Shown: positions 40,141 through 53,324 of the stretch, piece after piece
Layout: every line of letters starts with the position of its first letter
Numbering within the stretch: the first letter of the stretch is position 1
From: the human T2T-CHM13v2.0 reference genome, Homo sapiens
DNA length: 64,000 nucleotides
Direction: 5' to 3' (one strand)
Assembly (NCBI RefSeq): GCF_009914755.1
Contig: NC_060932.1
Made by a program: the position numbers and the translations under genes
Notes under the pieces: generated by a model
Told to the model about the DNA's origin: nothing
Database searches by the model: none
Seen by the model: the letters and a program-made list of their open reading frames with translations, nothing else

Positions 40141-40769
40141 TCTGGGTTAGGGTAAGAAGAAAATTGGATAATGTATGAATCAGAGATATTCCAGATTAAA
40201 GGAAGCTTGAGGAGCTCCTCCCCAATGTTTTGATGTTGCAGGTGGGGAAGTTTTTGAAATTGGAAGCTGCTTAAGGCTTAAATTGTTATGAGCCAACACT
40301 TGGCAAGAACGAGTTGCCCAAGTTCTTTGCAATTCTGATGGCTAGGCCCATATACTCTAGCAGAACATTTTGTACATGATTGTTGCTCAAGTAATATTAT
40401 TTGAAGAAAGAATGACAGTTTGACTCAAAATGAGAAGATCTTGACTCATACTTCACCATCAAAACTGATTCCTTTTCTGTGGCCATTTCTTTATCTGTAA
40501 AAAGGGCATAGTGCTTTCTGCTTAACTTTAAGACACCAAGATAAAAGGTTACATAAACCCACTGAGGCATATTCCTACAATGCACATTTATACATCCTTA
40601 GTGGCATTCTGATGGCTGATAAAAGTAAGACTTACTGAAAATAAAAACAAGAAAGAAAGAATAAATCAAAATAAATTTTCATATTTTTGCCAGACTGAAA
40701 ACTCCCTTAGAATAAGGATGGTGTTTGGATTGGTCGCCACTGTATCTGTAATGCCAAGTAGTTATCACT

Positions 40770-41100
40770 GTTTGTATACATTTGGAGAATAAAGGAATGC
40801 ATCACCAAGAATGTTTAATACAATGCAAAAGGAATTTTGAGAAAAAGGTAGGTGGGAAAATGTAGGATACAAATTTGCACATATGGTATAAACCCAGCTC
40901 CATAAAAAAGCAAGAAATACGTAGGAGAGAAAAAGAATTTAAGCCCAGAAGGAAATACACAAAACACAGAGTGGTTTGCCTCTGGATAATAGAGTAATGA
41001 GGAAATCATTTTTCTGCCCCATTCAGTTTCTTCTGAATTCTTTAAATTTTCCATAATGATCAGTTGTTAATGGATAATCAGGAAAAAATGAAAAATAAAA
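40770..41100 (+). mobile_element. Old L1ME/MC 3' end
   Basis: GAAGGAAATACACAAAA...AGTGGTTTGCCTCTGG...TTTAAATTTTCCATAATGA. Confidence 0.65.
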
Positions 41101-42365
41101 CTATTCACAGAGTCCAGCTTAGAAACCCAAGTCCTAGCATAAGGAGGTCACTGAGTCTGAGCAGCTTGGGTGTGGGGATCTCGGCTGTGAGCTACCCCAC
41201 TGGACACCATTAGAGCAGACGTTTAGCCCTGAGTCATATTCCAAAGCCATATTATACACTTGAACTTGCCTTCCCCAACCCTACAGCTGCACAGCAGACA
41301 TGCTCAAAGTCCCATATGCTTCTTTAGTGCAGATTATTCAAGAAACACAGGCTGGGGGAAATGGCATTGTCAGGAATATTGCAAGACAGGCAAGACTTGC
41401 AGGTGCACAGCAGCAGAAACCCACAGCCATGGTTATTCAAGTGAAGCTGGAATCTAAAGGGATGAACAGACCTAGAAGCTCCTTGTGCGGTCACTTTGTC
41501 TGTGTCTCCATAGCCAGCCTTCTCAATTAGTTGCGACTTATAAATAAGCATGTTTCTGAAATCTCCAACACATTTCCTATGGGACCAAAGAAGATAAAGA
41601 GATGGGGCCGAGTGTGGATGAGTGGAGAATACAGATATGCTCAGGCCGGGCATTTCATATGGCTTGCAGAGATTTTACTGAGTGATGGAAGGTTGCAGGC
41701 CCCATCAGTCCATCAGGGGATGTTCATTTTGAAGTGAAGATCTGGACCCTTCTGCTCCACGTGGCCCGCTCTGGTTTATGGCTCTGTCTCTGGTTGTCTA
41801 TTAACGTGAGTTAGTGCCAGTACTTTATAGTCTAAACCTTTGCAACAGAAAACAGCCATTCTTTGAGCTCAGCGAGCCCAGCAAGAGCAACAATGTATGG
41901 AACGAGGAGCGTCATTTCTCTGGACACTTACTTTCTGCCCCTTGCCCTAATGTACAACTACAGTCTTCTAAGCACAATACTTCTTTTTAGCAAGGCTTTA
42001 AAATACAGTTCTGCCTCTCTCTATTTCTATTCTCACTACTCCTGTTCAAGGGCCTAGTCTCCCTCACCTCTCTCCTGCACTGCTGGCTTCTACCCTTGCC
42101 CCCTCTCTTCCATTCTCCACTGGTAGCCAGAGTGAGCTTACAGAAACAGAATTGAGATCACACATCACTCCCCTGCTTAAAATAACTTAGAACTCTCCAC
42201 ATTGGTATGCAAAGGGCTGTTGGACTTGAGCTTCCTTCCTGACACCCCCTTGAGCTACTTGTCTCCTTTTCTATGTTCTAGCCATGCTGTTTGCAAACCT
42301 ACCTAGCTTGTTCCTACCTTGGGACCCTGGCACTGACAACTCTGTCTACCAAAAAGGCTCCCCAC

Positions 42366-42974
42366 CTGAGTGTAAATTAGTTCAACCATTGTGGAAGACA
42401 GTGTGGCAACTCCTCAAGGATCTAGAACCAGAAATACCATTTGACCCAGCAATCCCATTACGGGGTATATACCCAAACGATTATAAATCATTCTACTATA
42501 AAGACACATGCACACGTATGAAACTTGCAGCACTGTTCACTATAACAAAGACTTGGAACCAGCCCAAGTGCCCATCCATGATAGACTGGATAAAGAAAAT
42601 GTGACACATATACATCATGGAATACTATGCAGCCATAAAAAAGGATGAGTTCATGTCCTTTTCAGGGACATGGATGAAGCTGGAAACCATCATTCTCAGC
42701 AAACCAACACAGGAACAGAAAATCAAACACCGCATGTTCTCATTCATAAGTGGGAGCTGAGCAATGAGAACACTGGACACAGGGAGGGGAATATCACACA
42801 CCAGGGCCTGTTGGGGGTGGGGGGTTAGGGAAGGGATAGCATTAGGAGAAATACCTAATGTAGATGACGGGTTGATGGGTGCAGCAAACCACCATGTCAC
42901 ACGTATACCTATGTAACAAACCTACACACTCTGCACATGTATACCAGAATTTAAAGTATAATAAATTTTTTTTA
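42366..42974 (+). mobile_element. 5'-truncated L1PA (about PA6/7)
   Basis: ORF2 end CKLVQPLWKTVWQLLKDLEPEIPFDPAIPL...KTWNQPKCPSMIDWIKKM plus 3'UTR; TSD AAAAAGGCTCCCCA at 42351-42364 and 42975-42988. Confidence 0.96.
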
Positions 42975-43100
42975 AAAAAGGCTCCCCATTCTCACTTACA
43001 ATCTTCTTTTAGTTTGTTCTTGATAAGCTTTCAGCTCTTGACCACAAATAGGCTCTCCAGGGTCCATCTAGTTCAATTCTCTGTTTAAGATTTATTCCTA

Positions 43101-43285
43101 AGAAGGAGGAAGGGAGTGGGGAAAGGGCTGAAAAACTATCTACTGGTTACTATGGTTAGTAACTTGGTGACAGGGTCAATCATACCCAAAACCTCAGCAT
43201 CACACAATATACCAATATAACAAACTTGCACATATACGCCCAAACTCAAAATAAAAATTTAAATTTAAATTTTAAAAAATATTTC
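43101..43285 (+). mobile_element. Short L1PB/L1MA 3' end
   Basis: GGGCTGAAAAACTATCTACTGG...AACCTCAGCATCACACAATATACC; TSD TTAAGAT(AT)TTATTCCTA. Confidence 0.88.
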
Positions 43286-43589
43286 TTAAGATATTTATTC
43301 CTAACTTTGAAGTATATTGTTCTTTACAGTCTGTTTCCCTCTATAAGAAAGCAAAACCCATAAGAGACTAAGGATCTTGACAATTTAAAGCTGTATCCCC
43401 AGTACCTAGGACGTTGGCAATATCAATTCGTATGTTTTTAATGCATTCCTGAATGAACGAATAAAACAAATTCAAGCCTAAATGGAACCCAAAATCACAG
43501 AAATGCTGTTCTTCAGTACATTACTAAGTGCAGTGCCTCCTTGACCCGTCTACCCTAAATCATCAAAGGAAAAAGAAAACCTTCAAGAA

Positions 43590-43790
43590 GTGATTCCGAA
43601 TCCTAGTTTCACCATTTACTCCATGATTCTAGACAAGTCTTAAATTCTCTGCACCTCAGTTTTCTCTTCTAAAATAGAAGATGTAAGAGAAATAAAAACA
43701 GCTGTACCTAGAGTTGTGATGCCTATTCAATGAGTGAGTATATGTTGGGCACTTTGAACTGTATCTGGCACATGCATTACCATGAGGATA
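43590..43790 (+). mobile_element. MIR SINE
   Basis: GACAAGTCTTAAATTCTCTGCACCTCAGTTTTCTC. Confidence 0.75.
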
Positions 43791-45448
43791 TTCTCCCCAT
43801 GTTGACAGCATTGTGTAATAAAAAAGCTCTTAGCTCTGCCGCTGGAAATAGGCAGGAGGGGGCCCAGCAGGGAGCAAGTCTGAAAGCAGGGAGACCCTGT
43901 AAGGAGATTGATCCCCCCACAGCTGACTGGTAATGAGGCTGGGCCAGGGGAGAGGCAGTGCAAGCAGAGATGAGCTGATAAATTAACAGAGCAATGCAGA
44001 AGTAGAATTAATAGGATTTGTCTATTGTTGGAGCCATTGGAGGGAGGAGTCAAGAGCAGGAAGCTGAGGATGCAGACCTGGCCACCCGCGATAGAGATGA
44101 GCAGCTGTCTACTCACATCCACTCATAAGCCAACCCAGGAGATGCTCAGGGCACAAATCACATACAACCTGGAACCTGCCTTGAGGACGTGGGTGCAAAG
44201 AGGGGAACCAGCAGAGACAAAAAAAATAAGTGATGAGGGTCACCCTGGGGGTACGAACAGAGGACAATGTGGTCACAGAATGGGATACGATTTCTTCAAG
44301 TATAGGAGATTTGGATAGGCATCACAGAAAAAGTGACAGCCCGCAACTTTTTTATTGCACTCCTTACAGCATACCCGAAAGCATTGGTGAGGACACAAAA
44401 ACTACAGATAAGAATCAGATTCTAAAAAGACAATTCTCTTTTCCATTCCTGTCCTCTCCCCTGCAACTTCCCAATCCCTCACCTCTAATTAACCCGCCCA
44501 CCCCTTCACTAGCTTCTGATTTCAGGCAACGTCCAGTACTTGTTCCACCTTTCTCTCTGACCAGCCATCAAGAAGATCTTGTATGTTTCTCCTACACACC
44601 CCTGCCCCTGGACCCAGGAATTCTTCCATTTTTCCATATTTGGGCTATATTAAGTAATAAGCCCACATGCTTTCTGTTGAGAAAATACAAAAAGATGTTT
44701 CCCTCTGTCATAAAGAAAAAGAGGTAACCCAGGGAACATTTTGTCCCTCTAGTTATCTTCCCACAGGCCCATCAAGAATCAGGCAGTAGGTGAAAAAGAA
44801 ACACAGAGAACCTAGGAACACAATAGGAAGACCACCATGGGCCCTTAGGGAGTCAGCGAAGGCTTATGATGCAAAAAGAAGGTCCCAGGTACCTTAAAAA
44901 CTCCACTTCCCTCTCTAGGATCCCCAAGAGAGCTTGACAGCGTCCCTCTATGCAGATGTTCATAAATCAGGCATATGTAACTCTGCGGTTTCCTGCACAT
45001 AATTGATCACAGTTGAGCTGCTCAGACATTAAATCCAAAGGACATCAGAGAAGGACGAGTTCAGTAAAGAACACTGAGAAAGAAGTGGACCCTGAGCATA
45101 GATCTTGGCATACATGCGTGGGAAATGGCCTCTCAAGGGGTCATTATCCATTCAATTACACACACGTTAATTTGGAAAGAGAAAGTTCCTGCCTTGAGTA
45201 AATTGCTGTCTGTTAGGGAAAGTGAAAATCCACTAGGGGTAACAAATAACAAATTTAAATGCCTTCTGGGTCCAGCAGATACCATCAATACCTATCATGA
45301 CCAAGGAGGTGGGTGGCTTGTGAAAAACCAGAGAGTCCAGGGCCACCTGAAACACCCTCAATTTCAGAAACATTTTACATTTCATGACTAGCAGATAAAT
45401 ACCCCTGGGGTAGTGAATTTTCAAAATCTCACACAGGTCTCCTTAGAG

Positions 45449-45660
45449 CAGAGTTTCTCATCTCCAGCAATATTGACATTTGGAGTCAGATAATTATTTT
45501 TGGGTTGGGGGGTGGGCACTGATATGTTCATTGTAGGATGTTTAGCAAGATCTCTGGACTCTGCACACTAGATACCAGTAGCACCCCCATAGTGGTGACA
45601 ATTAACTGTGTCCCCAGACATTGCCAAATGTATCCTGGGGAGCAAAATCATCTCCTATTC
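45449..45660 (-). mobile_element. MER20
   Basis: CATTGTAGGATGTTTAGCA...CCAGACATTGCCAAATG. Confidence 0.9.
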
Positions 45661-45909
45661 TCACCTCCTGAGAAAGAAGTGCAGGATATCACAATAGCAG
45701 AGGGCAATGGAAGATGACAGTCCCATGCTAGAAGCTGCTTTACCAACACAGTCAGCTGCTATCTCCACAACAGGCGGGTGAGGAAGGATTCATGACCCTC
45801 AATGAAATGAACAAATGCAAGCAAAGCCAAGTTGCCATTGAATGTGGCAGTTATTGTTTATTTATTTTATTATTTATTTTATTTATTTATATTTTAATTT
45901 CTCTCTCTC

Positions 45910-46042
45910 TTTTTTCTTTTTTCTTTTTTTTTTTTTTTTTTAGAGAGAGATTGGGTCTCACTGTGTTGCCCAGGCTGGTCTCAAATGTCTGGCTTCAAGC
46001 AATCCTCTCACCTTAGACTCCCAAAGTGCACTCCGCCCTGCC
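45910..46042 (-). mobile_element. FLAM/Alu left monomer with adjacent T-rich low-complexity tract
   Basis: GGGTCTCACTGTGTTGCCCAGGCTGGTCTCAAA...CCCAAAGTG after polyT. Confidence 0.85.
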
Positions 46043-46345
46043 AGAGTTACTATTTGAATCCAGACATTCTGACTCTGAGGCTGCGTTTTAACCAGCCTGA
46101 CATCACGCCTCAAGCAGGGGATTTTTCAAAGGACAGGATGATGGAGCTGAGGCTCAAGAGACAGTCAGCCTTGACCTCTGTGTGTGGAGCATCCCTCCAG
46201 CGATTACCCTGTCCATGGTGTAGAAGATGGGCTGGCGAGAGGCCACAGATGTCCGGAGGCTGCTGCAGTTGTATTGATGATAAATGACAAGGGTCTGCAC
46301 TTTAAGCAGTGGGAGTAGGGATCTAGAAGATACTAAAACTATTTA

Positions 46346-46653
46346 GGCTGGGGGCAATGAATCACGCCTGTAATCCCAGCCCTTTGAGAGGCCAAGGCAG
46401 GCAGATAATTTGAGGCCAGGAGTTCGAAACCAGCCTGGCCCATATGGTGAAACCCCATCTCTACTAAAAATACAAAAATTAGCCGGGCGTGGTGGCAGGT
46501 ACCTGTAATCCCAGATACTCAAAAGACTGAGGCGGGAGAATCTCTGGAACCTGGGAGGCGGAGGTTGCAGTGAGCCAAGACCAAGATCATGCCACCATGC
46601 TCCAGCTTAGGCAACAGAGTGAGACACTGTCTTTAAAAGAAAAAAAACAAAAA
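46346..46653 (+). mobile_element. AluS (Sx/Sz-like)
   Basis: Both arms, linker and A tail present. Confidence 0.95.
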
Positions 46654-46739
46654 TTAAAGACAAAATTGACAGGATTCATGATTGATTGAACTAGGGAGTT
46701 TTTAAAAATTCTAGAATATTCCACAATTAGTCATAATAC

Positions 46740-47399
46740 TTAATATCAACTGGTTTCACAAACCAACTAACTATCACAGCAGCTTAACAATAAGTTTTAT
46801 TTCTCACCCATGTTGGTCCAATTGCGTGTTTGGCCAGCAGTCTTCAAAGAAGTGACTCAGGGATTCAAAATCCCTGCATCTTGTGGCATCGGCCTACTCT
46901 AGGTCAGGGGTCATCAAACTACTGCCTGTGGACCAAATCCAGCACTGCTTGTGGGCCAAATCCAGCCACTGCCTGTCTTTGTAAACACATTTTTTATAGG
47001 GACACAGTCATGCTCATTTGTTTACGTATTATCTATGGGGGTTTCACATTACAACAGCAGAGTTGAATAATTGCAACAGATGCAGAGACTGTATCATCCA
47101 TAAGGTCTACAACATTTACTATCTGGCCGTTTGCTGGAACAGTTTGCTGACCCTTGCCCTCAGCTCTCCTTGGAGTCTCTCACTGGATTTCATGTTTCTA
47201 TTGGCCAATGAGAAAAAAGAGAAAGTAAGAGGGCTCACACGAGAGGTTTATCACCAGCTGGACCTGACGCATGCCCTTCCTGTGGCCACACACTGTTCAC
47301 TGGTCAAGACTGAGACTCACGGCCCCACTCACTGCAGGAAAGCTGGGAAGCATGCAGGCAATAGTGGATAAGGCTGAGAACCCACAGTCTACGCCACAC
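46740..47399 (-). mobile_element. Old MLT1 LTR interrupted by MER58A
   Basis: GCAGCTTAACAATAAGTTTTATTTCTC...GTGACTCAGGGA...CTGCAGGAAAGCTGGGAA...GCCACA. Confidence 0.7.
46905..47156 (+). mobile_element. MER58A (hAT-Charlie)
   Basis: Terminal inverted repeats CAGGGGTCATCAAACT / AGTTTGCTGACCCTTG; CATTTGTTTACGTATT core. Confidence 0.9.
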
Positions 47400-48949
47400 A
47401 TCCATCCATGGCTCTGGAGGAACTTCCTTTTGCTGATTATCATCCTTTGGTTTCCTTAGAATGGAAAACTCACATATTCTTGCAAAGTGCTATAAACAAC
47501 CATATCTCACTGAGATGCATTAATGACCAACATAAACTACTGATCCCTGAGTTTAAACAAATGTATTATGTTAGTTGATAATCTTAGAATAAACATGACC
47601 TCAATTAATAAATTTTCTCAGAGCTATATACTCTCTCTTAGTTCAAGTAAGCGTACAAATGGAAATTCAGTTTAACTGGATAATACAGAGTGTCTACTTT
47701 GTGCTCAGCACTGTGCCAAGCAGAAAGAAAAATAAAGACCTACCGGATACCTGCCAGGACCTCATCCTATGCGTGAAATACATAAATATAGAAATAACAA
47801 AAGAAGTATTATGTCTAAGTTCAAAAATATGAAGTTTTATCTTCTTATCAGCTCAGAGAAAGAATATATCATAAGGACTGGGATAGTTGAGAGTCACTTC
47901 CTGGAGTGGGGGAAAAAGCCATTATAATTTACAACAGTGTTCAATAAAAATTAAAAAGAGTGAAAGTTGATCAAATGTAAAAAACACTTTAAAACTTAGA
48001 AGTCATTCTCACTATGTGATCTTCTTTAATATTCATCAAAATTCTGTAATTTCCAGTGTCATCAGGACTAGCTCAGTTTCAGTGAATTCCAGCAAGGGAT
48101 GTCAAGTCACCTGAGACCTGGAACACACAGCCTGCGAGGAGAGCAGCAGGCCTGAAACGAGGGCGGGATTTTTCTTTTTCTTTTTTATTTTCTCTCCTTA
48201 CCCCCTCTTTCTGATTTTTACTCCAGGGCTCTTTCTACTACCACATTGTCATTAAAAATAAAATAATGTCATTTGACAGACTTAAACTGAGATAACCACA
48301 GAAAACTCCAGATCTGTTCCAAAGCAAACAGCAGCCAGGAAATCCTTTCCATGCACAGACAGTAACATTTCTCCTTAGCTCAAGGATGGTGCAGCCAAGG
48401 GTAAAGGAAATGAGGACACAGGTTGAATGCTGTCCCCGAAGAGTGCTCCTTCCAGGAGCTCAGGTCAAAGGCAGCTTTGAGATTAAAACACAGCTATCCT
48501 GATAGGGGAAGGAAGTAGCACTGTGAGGGTTGTCAATTTTATCAAGTTCAGTAAATGAACTAGACAAAGAACAATTGATCAAGAATATGCAGCCCTTTGT
48601 TGGCAGTTCTGAAGAATTCTGGCTTCTCTCTGGGTCATGCTCCCAGGTCCCCGTGGCCCATGCTGTTTGTCATCTACACTCACAGGCCGCTGGGACGGTA
48701 AGCTCCTGAATGACAAAGGATATCTGGGTGTGCCGCACATGTATGTACACAGTGTTCTGCCTACATATGCAGGAGGTCTCCATGTTGTGGTAGAGTAGAC
48801 ACCTGCTGTTATGGCCCACTTGAGCCAAGCATGTCCATAGGGTGAACTGTAGCAGTCACCATGACAAGTCTGGCAAGAGGACTTCCCTTTGATGAGGAAG
48901 TCACCATGGAAATGGGAGACAAAATGAAGTCATTTGCCTTGGCCCTTAG

Positions 48950-49440
48950 AAATAAAGTTCACATCCTTAGTGTGACATATCTGTGCCCTGTTCCCCATTC
49001 ATTGGGGCAATCTTTCTGTGTCAACTCCTGCTTTTCAGTGTCCCACCAATATGAGACGCTCAGTACATTACTCACCATATACCTGGGCTTGCTTATAATT
49101 CCACTTCCTGCTTCCTGGTGTGCCACTCCCACTTTCTCCACCTGGAAAACCCCTATCCATGTGCCATACTTAGCTATTAATGTCAGTTCATATGTGACAA
49201 TTTCTCCAAGGTGTTTTTTTAGTGTCAGGAAGCCACTCTTTTTGCTTTGCAATTGTAACTCTTTGTATGCATTATTAATATAGCACATGTTACATTCTGT
49301 TGACATACTCTATGTTCTTCTCTGTTTCTCCAACCAGTCTGGATAGTTGAATGGACAGGCATGATGTCTAACTCTTTTCTGTTTTCTCCAGTCACCTATC
49401 AGAGTGTCTGACATGTAGTAGACATTCAACAAGTGTTTGC
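48950..49440 (+). mobile_element. L2 3' portion
   Basis: Ends AGAGTGTCTGACATGTAGTAGACATTCAACAAGTGTTTGCTG. Confidence 0.7.
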
Positions 49441-50483
49441 TGGAGATGGTAAATCTCAGGGGAAAATCTGGTTGGAAGGAAACTGTGAGGAAGTGGAAGG
49501 AGGCAAGAATTGAAGCTTGAAGCATTCCGGCCCCACCACTCTGTGCCCTTGAAATCATGGACACTTCAGCAAGTATCTATTTCTTCATTTAGAAAGTGGG
49601 AGTATTTTGTCTACCTTACATATTAATAACAAAGTCAAGATTAGGCAATAAAAAGCTAGGAGGAAATAGTTGATTAATTGTGTCAACAGTGAATTAATAA
49701 GGACATGAAAGGAATTTGCAACATGTACTTTTAGCAACACTGATTCATTGCTACAGAGTGATAAGTCAAGAAGGAAAAAACAGAAGATGGTATCAACTGG
49801 TAGGCTAAGAGGAGGGTCTAACCTTTTGGCCAATTTGCTGAGCAATCAATTCGAATTTACATCCAAATGGTCATTTGGTCTCAGAATAATGAAGAACAGA
49901 GAAATAAGAAGGTAGAAACTCACTAAATGAAATCATGACTACTCTAACTCTCCTTATCCTTCCAGATGCTGTTTAATCACATCATTTGTTGGTGTTTGCA
50001 TTTGTTTATTAGTATTTGTATTCACTGAGAGGCCCACACAGCTCACTCTCAGAGTCTGGCAGCTCCAAGGAGATCACTTCCACTGTAGGTAGATTTGCTC
50101 TTACCAGCATCATTGCCTTAGAAGGGGAGAGTGTTCCATCTGCCTTAGTCAACAGTAGTAATAGTAGTAGCAATGGTGGTGACAGAAATAGGTAGCAATG
50201 GTTGTGTTATGGAAATTCACATTTATTGAAATCTCATCAGTGACCATGTACTGGCCAATCATTTAACTACATCTCAGTTAATGTTCAAAACTCACCTGCA
50301 AGTGACTTACAATCTTTTATTCAACTAATATTTAATCACACCTTCTAGGCACTGGGGATATAGCACTGAACACACCAGATGAGATCTTCAGCCTCATGTC
50401 AATTATTGCTTGCTGGTGAGAGAAGAAAGACAACAGACAAAAAAAAAAAAAAAAAAGTAACCGCACTAGATAACGCATTTTCT

Positions 50484-50779
50484 TTTTCTTTATTTTTTTT
50501 TTAAATTATACTTTAAGTTCTAGGGTACATGTGCAAAATGTGCAAGTTTGTTATACTTTAAGTTCTAGGGAACATGTGCAAAATGTGCAGGTTTGTTTCA
50601 TATGTATACATGTGCCACGTTGGTGTGCTGCACTCATTAACTTGTCATTTACATTAGGCATATCTCCTAATGCTATCCCTCCCCCTCCCCCCACCTCATG
50701 ACAGGCCCCGGTGTGTGATATTCCCCTTCCTGTGTCCAAGTGTTCTCATTGTTCAATTCCCACCTATGAGTGAGAACAT
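50484..50779 (-). mobile_element. Short L1PA (about PA4/5) 3'UTR insertion
   Basis: TTATACTTTAAGTTCTAGGGTACATGTGC...CCCACCTATGAGTGAGAACAT; perfect TSD GATAACGCATTTTCT at 50469-50483 and 50780-50794. Confidence 0.96.
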
Positions 50780-51225
50780 GATAACGCATTTTCTAACATG
50801 TGACAGAAAGTGACTGAAAGGTGAACTCTGTGTTAGGTAGGAGAAAACTTATTAGTCTCATTTTACCAATGAGGCATTAGAGGCTCAGAGAAATTAAGTA
50901 ACTTCTCCAAGATCACATAGCTACCCACGGACAGAGCAAGTCTGTCTAAATAGGAAGCAATAAAATAGCATACACAGCAGAATATAGTCAAGAATTAGAT
51001 GTATTATGCTTTAAGCCTTTGTTTCGTAGCTTCTTAAGAATAGGAAGAAAAGTCAGTGTTGGCTACATTGGCTAGAAATCTTCACGAAGGAAGAAAAAGT
51101 TAAGCTTGTCTTGGAGCGTGGTTAGGATTTAGACAGGTAGAAAGAAAGAAAAGAGTTGTGAGCAGGAAGAAATGGGTATTTATCGAGGACTTATTAAGTG
51201 GCAAGAACAAGACAAAAAGTTTTAG

Positions 51226-51603
<378 letters not shown>

Positions 51604-52646
51604 TGACCTTTCGAGGTGACATAAGATGCTGGGTGTTGGGCATGTAGGTAGCAACTGGCACGCTGTATGCAGGGAACACTAAAATGGCTCAGGTACCTGA
51701 GGAAGAAATTTACATTGGGGACTATTGAGAAGTATAATTCAATGGGCTAGCAAACCAATGAGAGGCAACTGAAGACATTGAAGGAGAGGTGGTGGAAGCT
51801 GGAAGTGGCATAGGAGACAACAGGAACTGTAGCAATTTTTTCAACAAGGAAGTAAAACTCAGATGTTGGAACTGAAACCATCTTTTACCATACTCTTTCA
51901 TCTTGGAGTCATCACTCTCAAATATGGCTCCCCAGAGATGCTCCCTTCTCGTATGATATTAGAATTAGTTGTATCACTTATTTGCTAGACTGGGCTACAG
52001 AATAAGAACACAGACTATGTCAACCCCTCTATCCTCTTAGAATCTGGCATGGGATCAGGCACACATTGTTTGATTTCAACTGGCAAGGCCATGGCAATCA
52101 GGCAGACAGGTTAGCTAGAAAATGGTGAAAAAATGGCACCAAATTAGGGCATCACAGCACCAGATAAAACTAAGCAGAGATTCACCTGAGGTGGCCCGAG
52201 GCAGCAGAGCCGGAGGGGCCTGACTCTGATCCTACAAAGGGGAACTCAGAATCATCACTGTGAAGGTGAGAAGAGCCATCAATTCTAAAGGATGAAGGAG
52301 GATAAACTGATAGAAGAAAAATGAGCCAGGACATCAGAAAGAAAATTAAAAACAAAGTGGAATACAGTGTGAAGATTGATTTGGGGCAAAAGATTTGAAA
52401 CTAAGACCATGAACAATGAGATTCGTTAATGGAGTTTCCCTTTGTATGATGCCTAGACCCAGCAACAGGGCAGTTGCAGTGATTTAAGGATGACTCACAG
52501 GGATGGATACCTGTTGAACACACCTCAAAAAGGTGAAAGAAAGGTAGGAAGGAAACGAGATAGATGTGAGAAACATAGATAAGGACAGGGAACTGAGGAA
52601 AGGGAAAAAGGAAATAATCCATGATATTTTCAGAAATGATTTATAA

Positions 52647-52859
52647 CAGGGATTGGTAAACTATGACCCTGAGACAAATTCAGTATACTGTTTCTATAAA
52701 TAAAGCTTTGTTAAATCACAGCCACACCTATTCATTTAAGTAATATCTATGCCTGCTTTCAAACCATAGTTGCAGGGTTGTTGCAAGAAAGATTATCTAG
52801 CTCACAAAACCCAAAATATTAACTATCTAGCCCTTAACAGAAAAGGTTTGCCACCCTAG
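52647..52859 (+). mobile_element. MER58A
   Basis: CAGGGATTGGTAAACTATG...CCCTTAACAGAAAAGGTTTGCCACCC. Confidence 0.85.
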
Positions 52860-53324
52860 TCTATAGTAAAGGAGTATTGCAATATGGATGCTAAGTGGCT
52901 AAAGATAAAGCTGACATTCTATATCAGGGCCAGAATTTTGAATGCCTTGCTAAGGTGTTAGAACTTTCTCTGCAGGCAATAAGGATCCATGCAAATAGCC
53001 TAAAATTTTTCTCTACATAAGCATAATTCAAAACCAATCAAAGAACTCGACAGTGGCAATCAATGTGGCACATGAACAATAAGAACACTACTGGCATGTT
53101 TAATCAACCAAGCTCTCTTCTGGCTTCAACTGCCTAAGACTTAAGAACTGTATGCTGGTCACCAGTCTGCCAAATTAGAGAGTCACAATGCCACTGTGGT
53201 CTTTAAATTTCTAATGTCCAAAATGGGGGAAATAATCCCACCTGTGGGCTTATTATGAACATAAAATTTAGATAATAGAGAAAAAAATATATTAAATAAA
53301 TAAAATATTTTACAAAGGTCTGAC

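Larger units (their letters stand above)
42030..43465 (+). mobile_element. L2 element split by two L1 insertions
   Basis: CCATTCTCCACTGGTAGCCAGAGTGAGC...CACTCCCCTGCTTAAAA; resumes GCTGTATCCCCAGTACCTAG...TGAATGAACGAAT. Confidence 0.75.

Noticed and set aside
43254-43273. 20-bp AT palindrome AAAATTTAAATTTAAATTTT
   Set aside because: Low-complexity decay of an L1 poly(A) tail.
44230-44727. 165-aa proline-rich ORF
   Set aside because: No recognisable domain; the composition reflects a pyrimidine-rich tract, and the length is attainable by chance.
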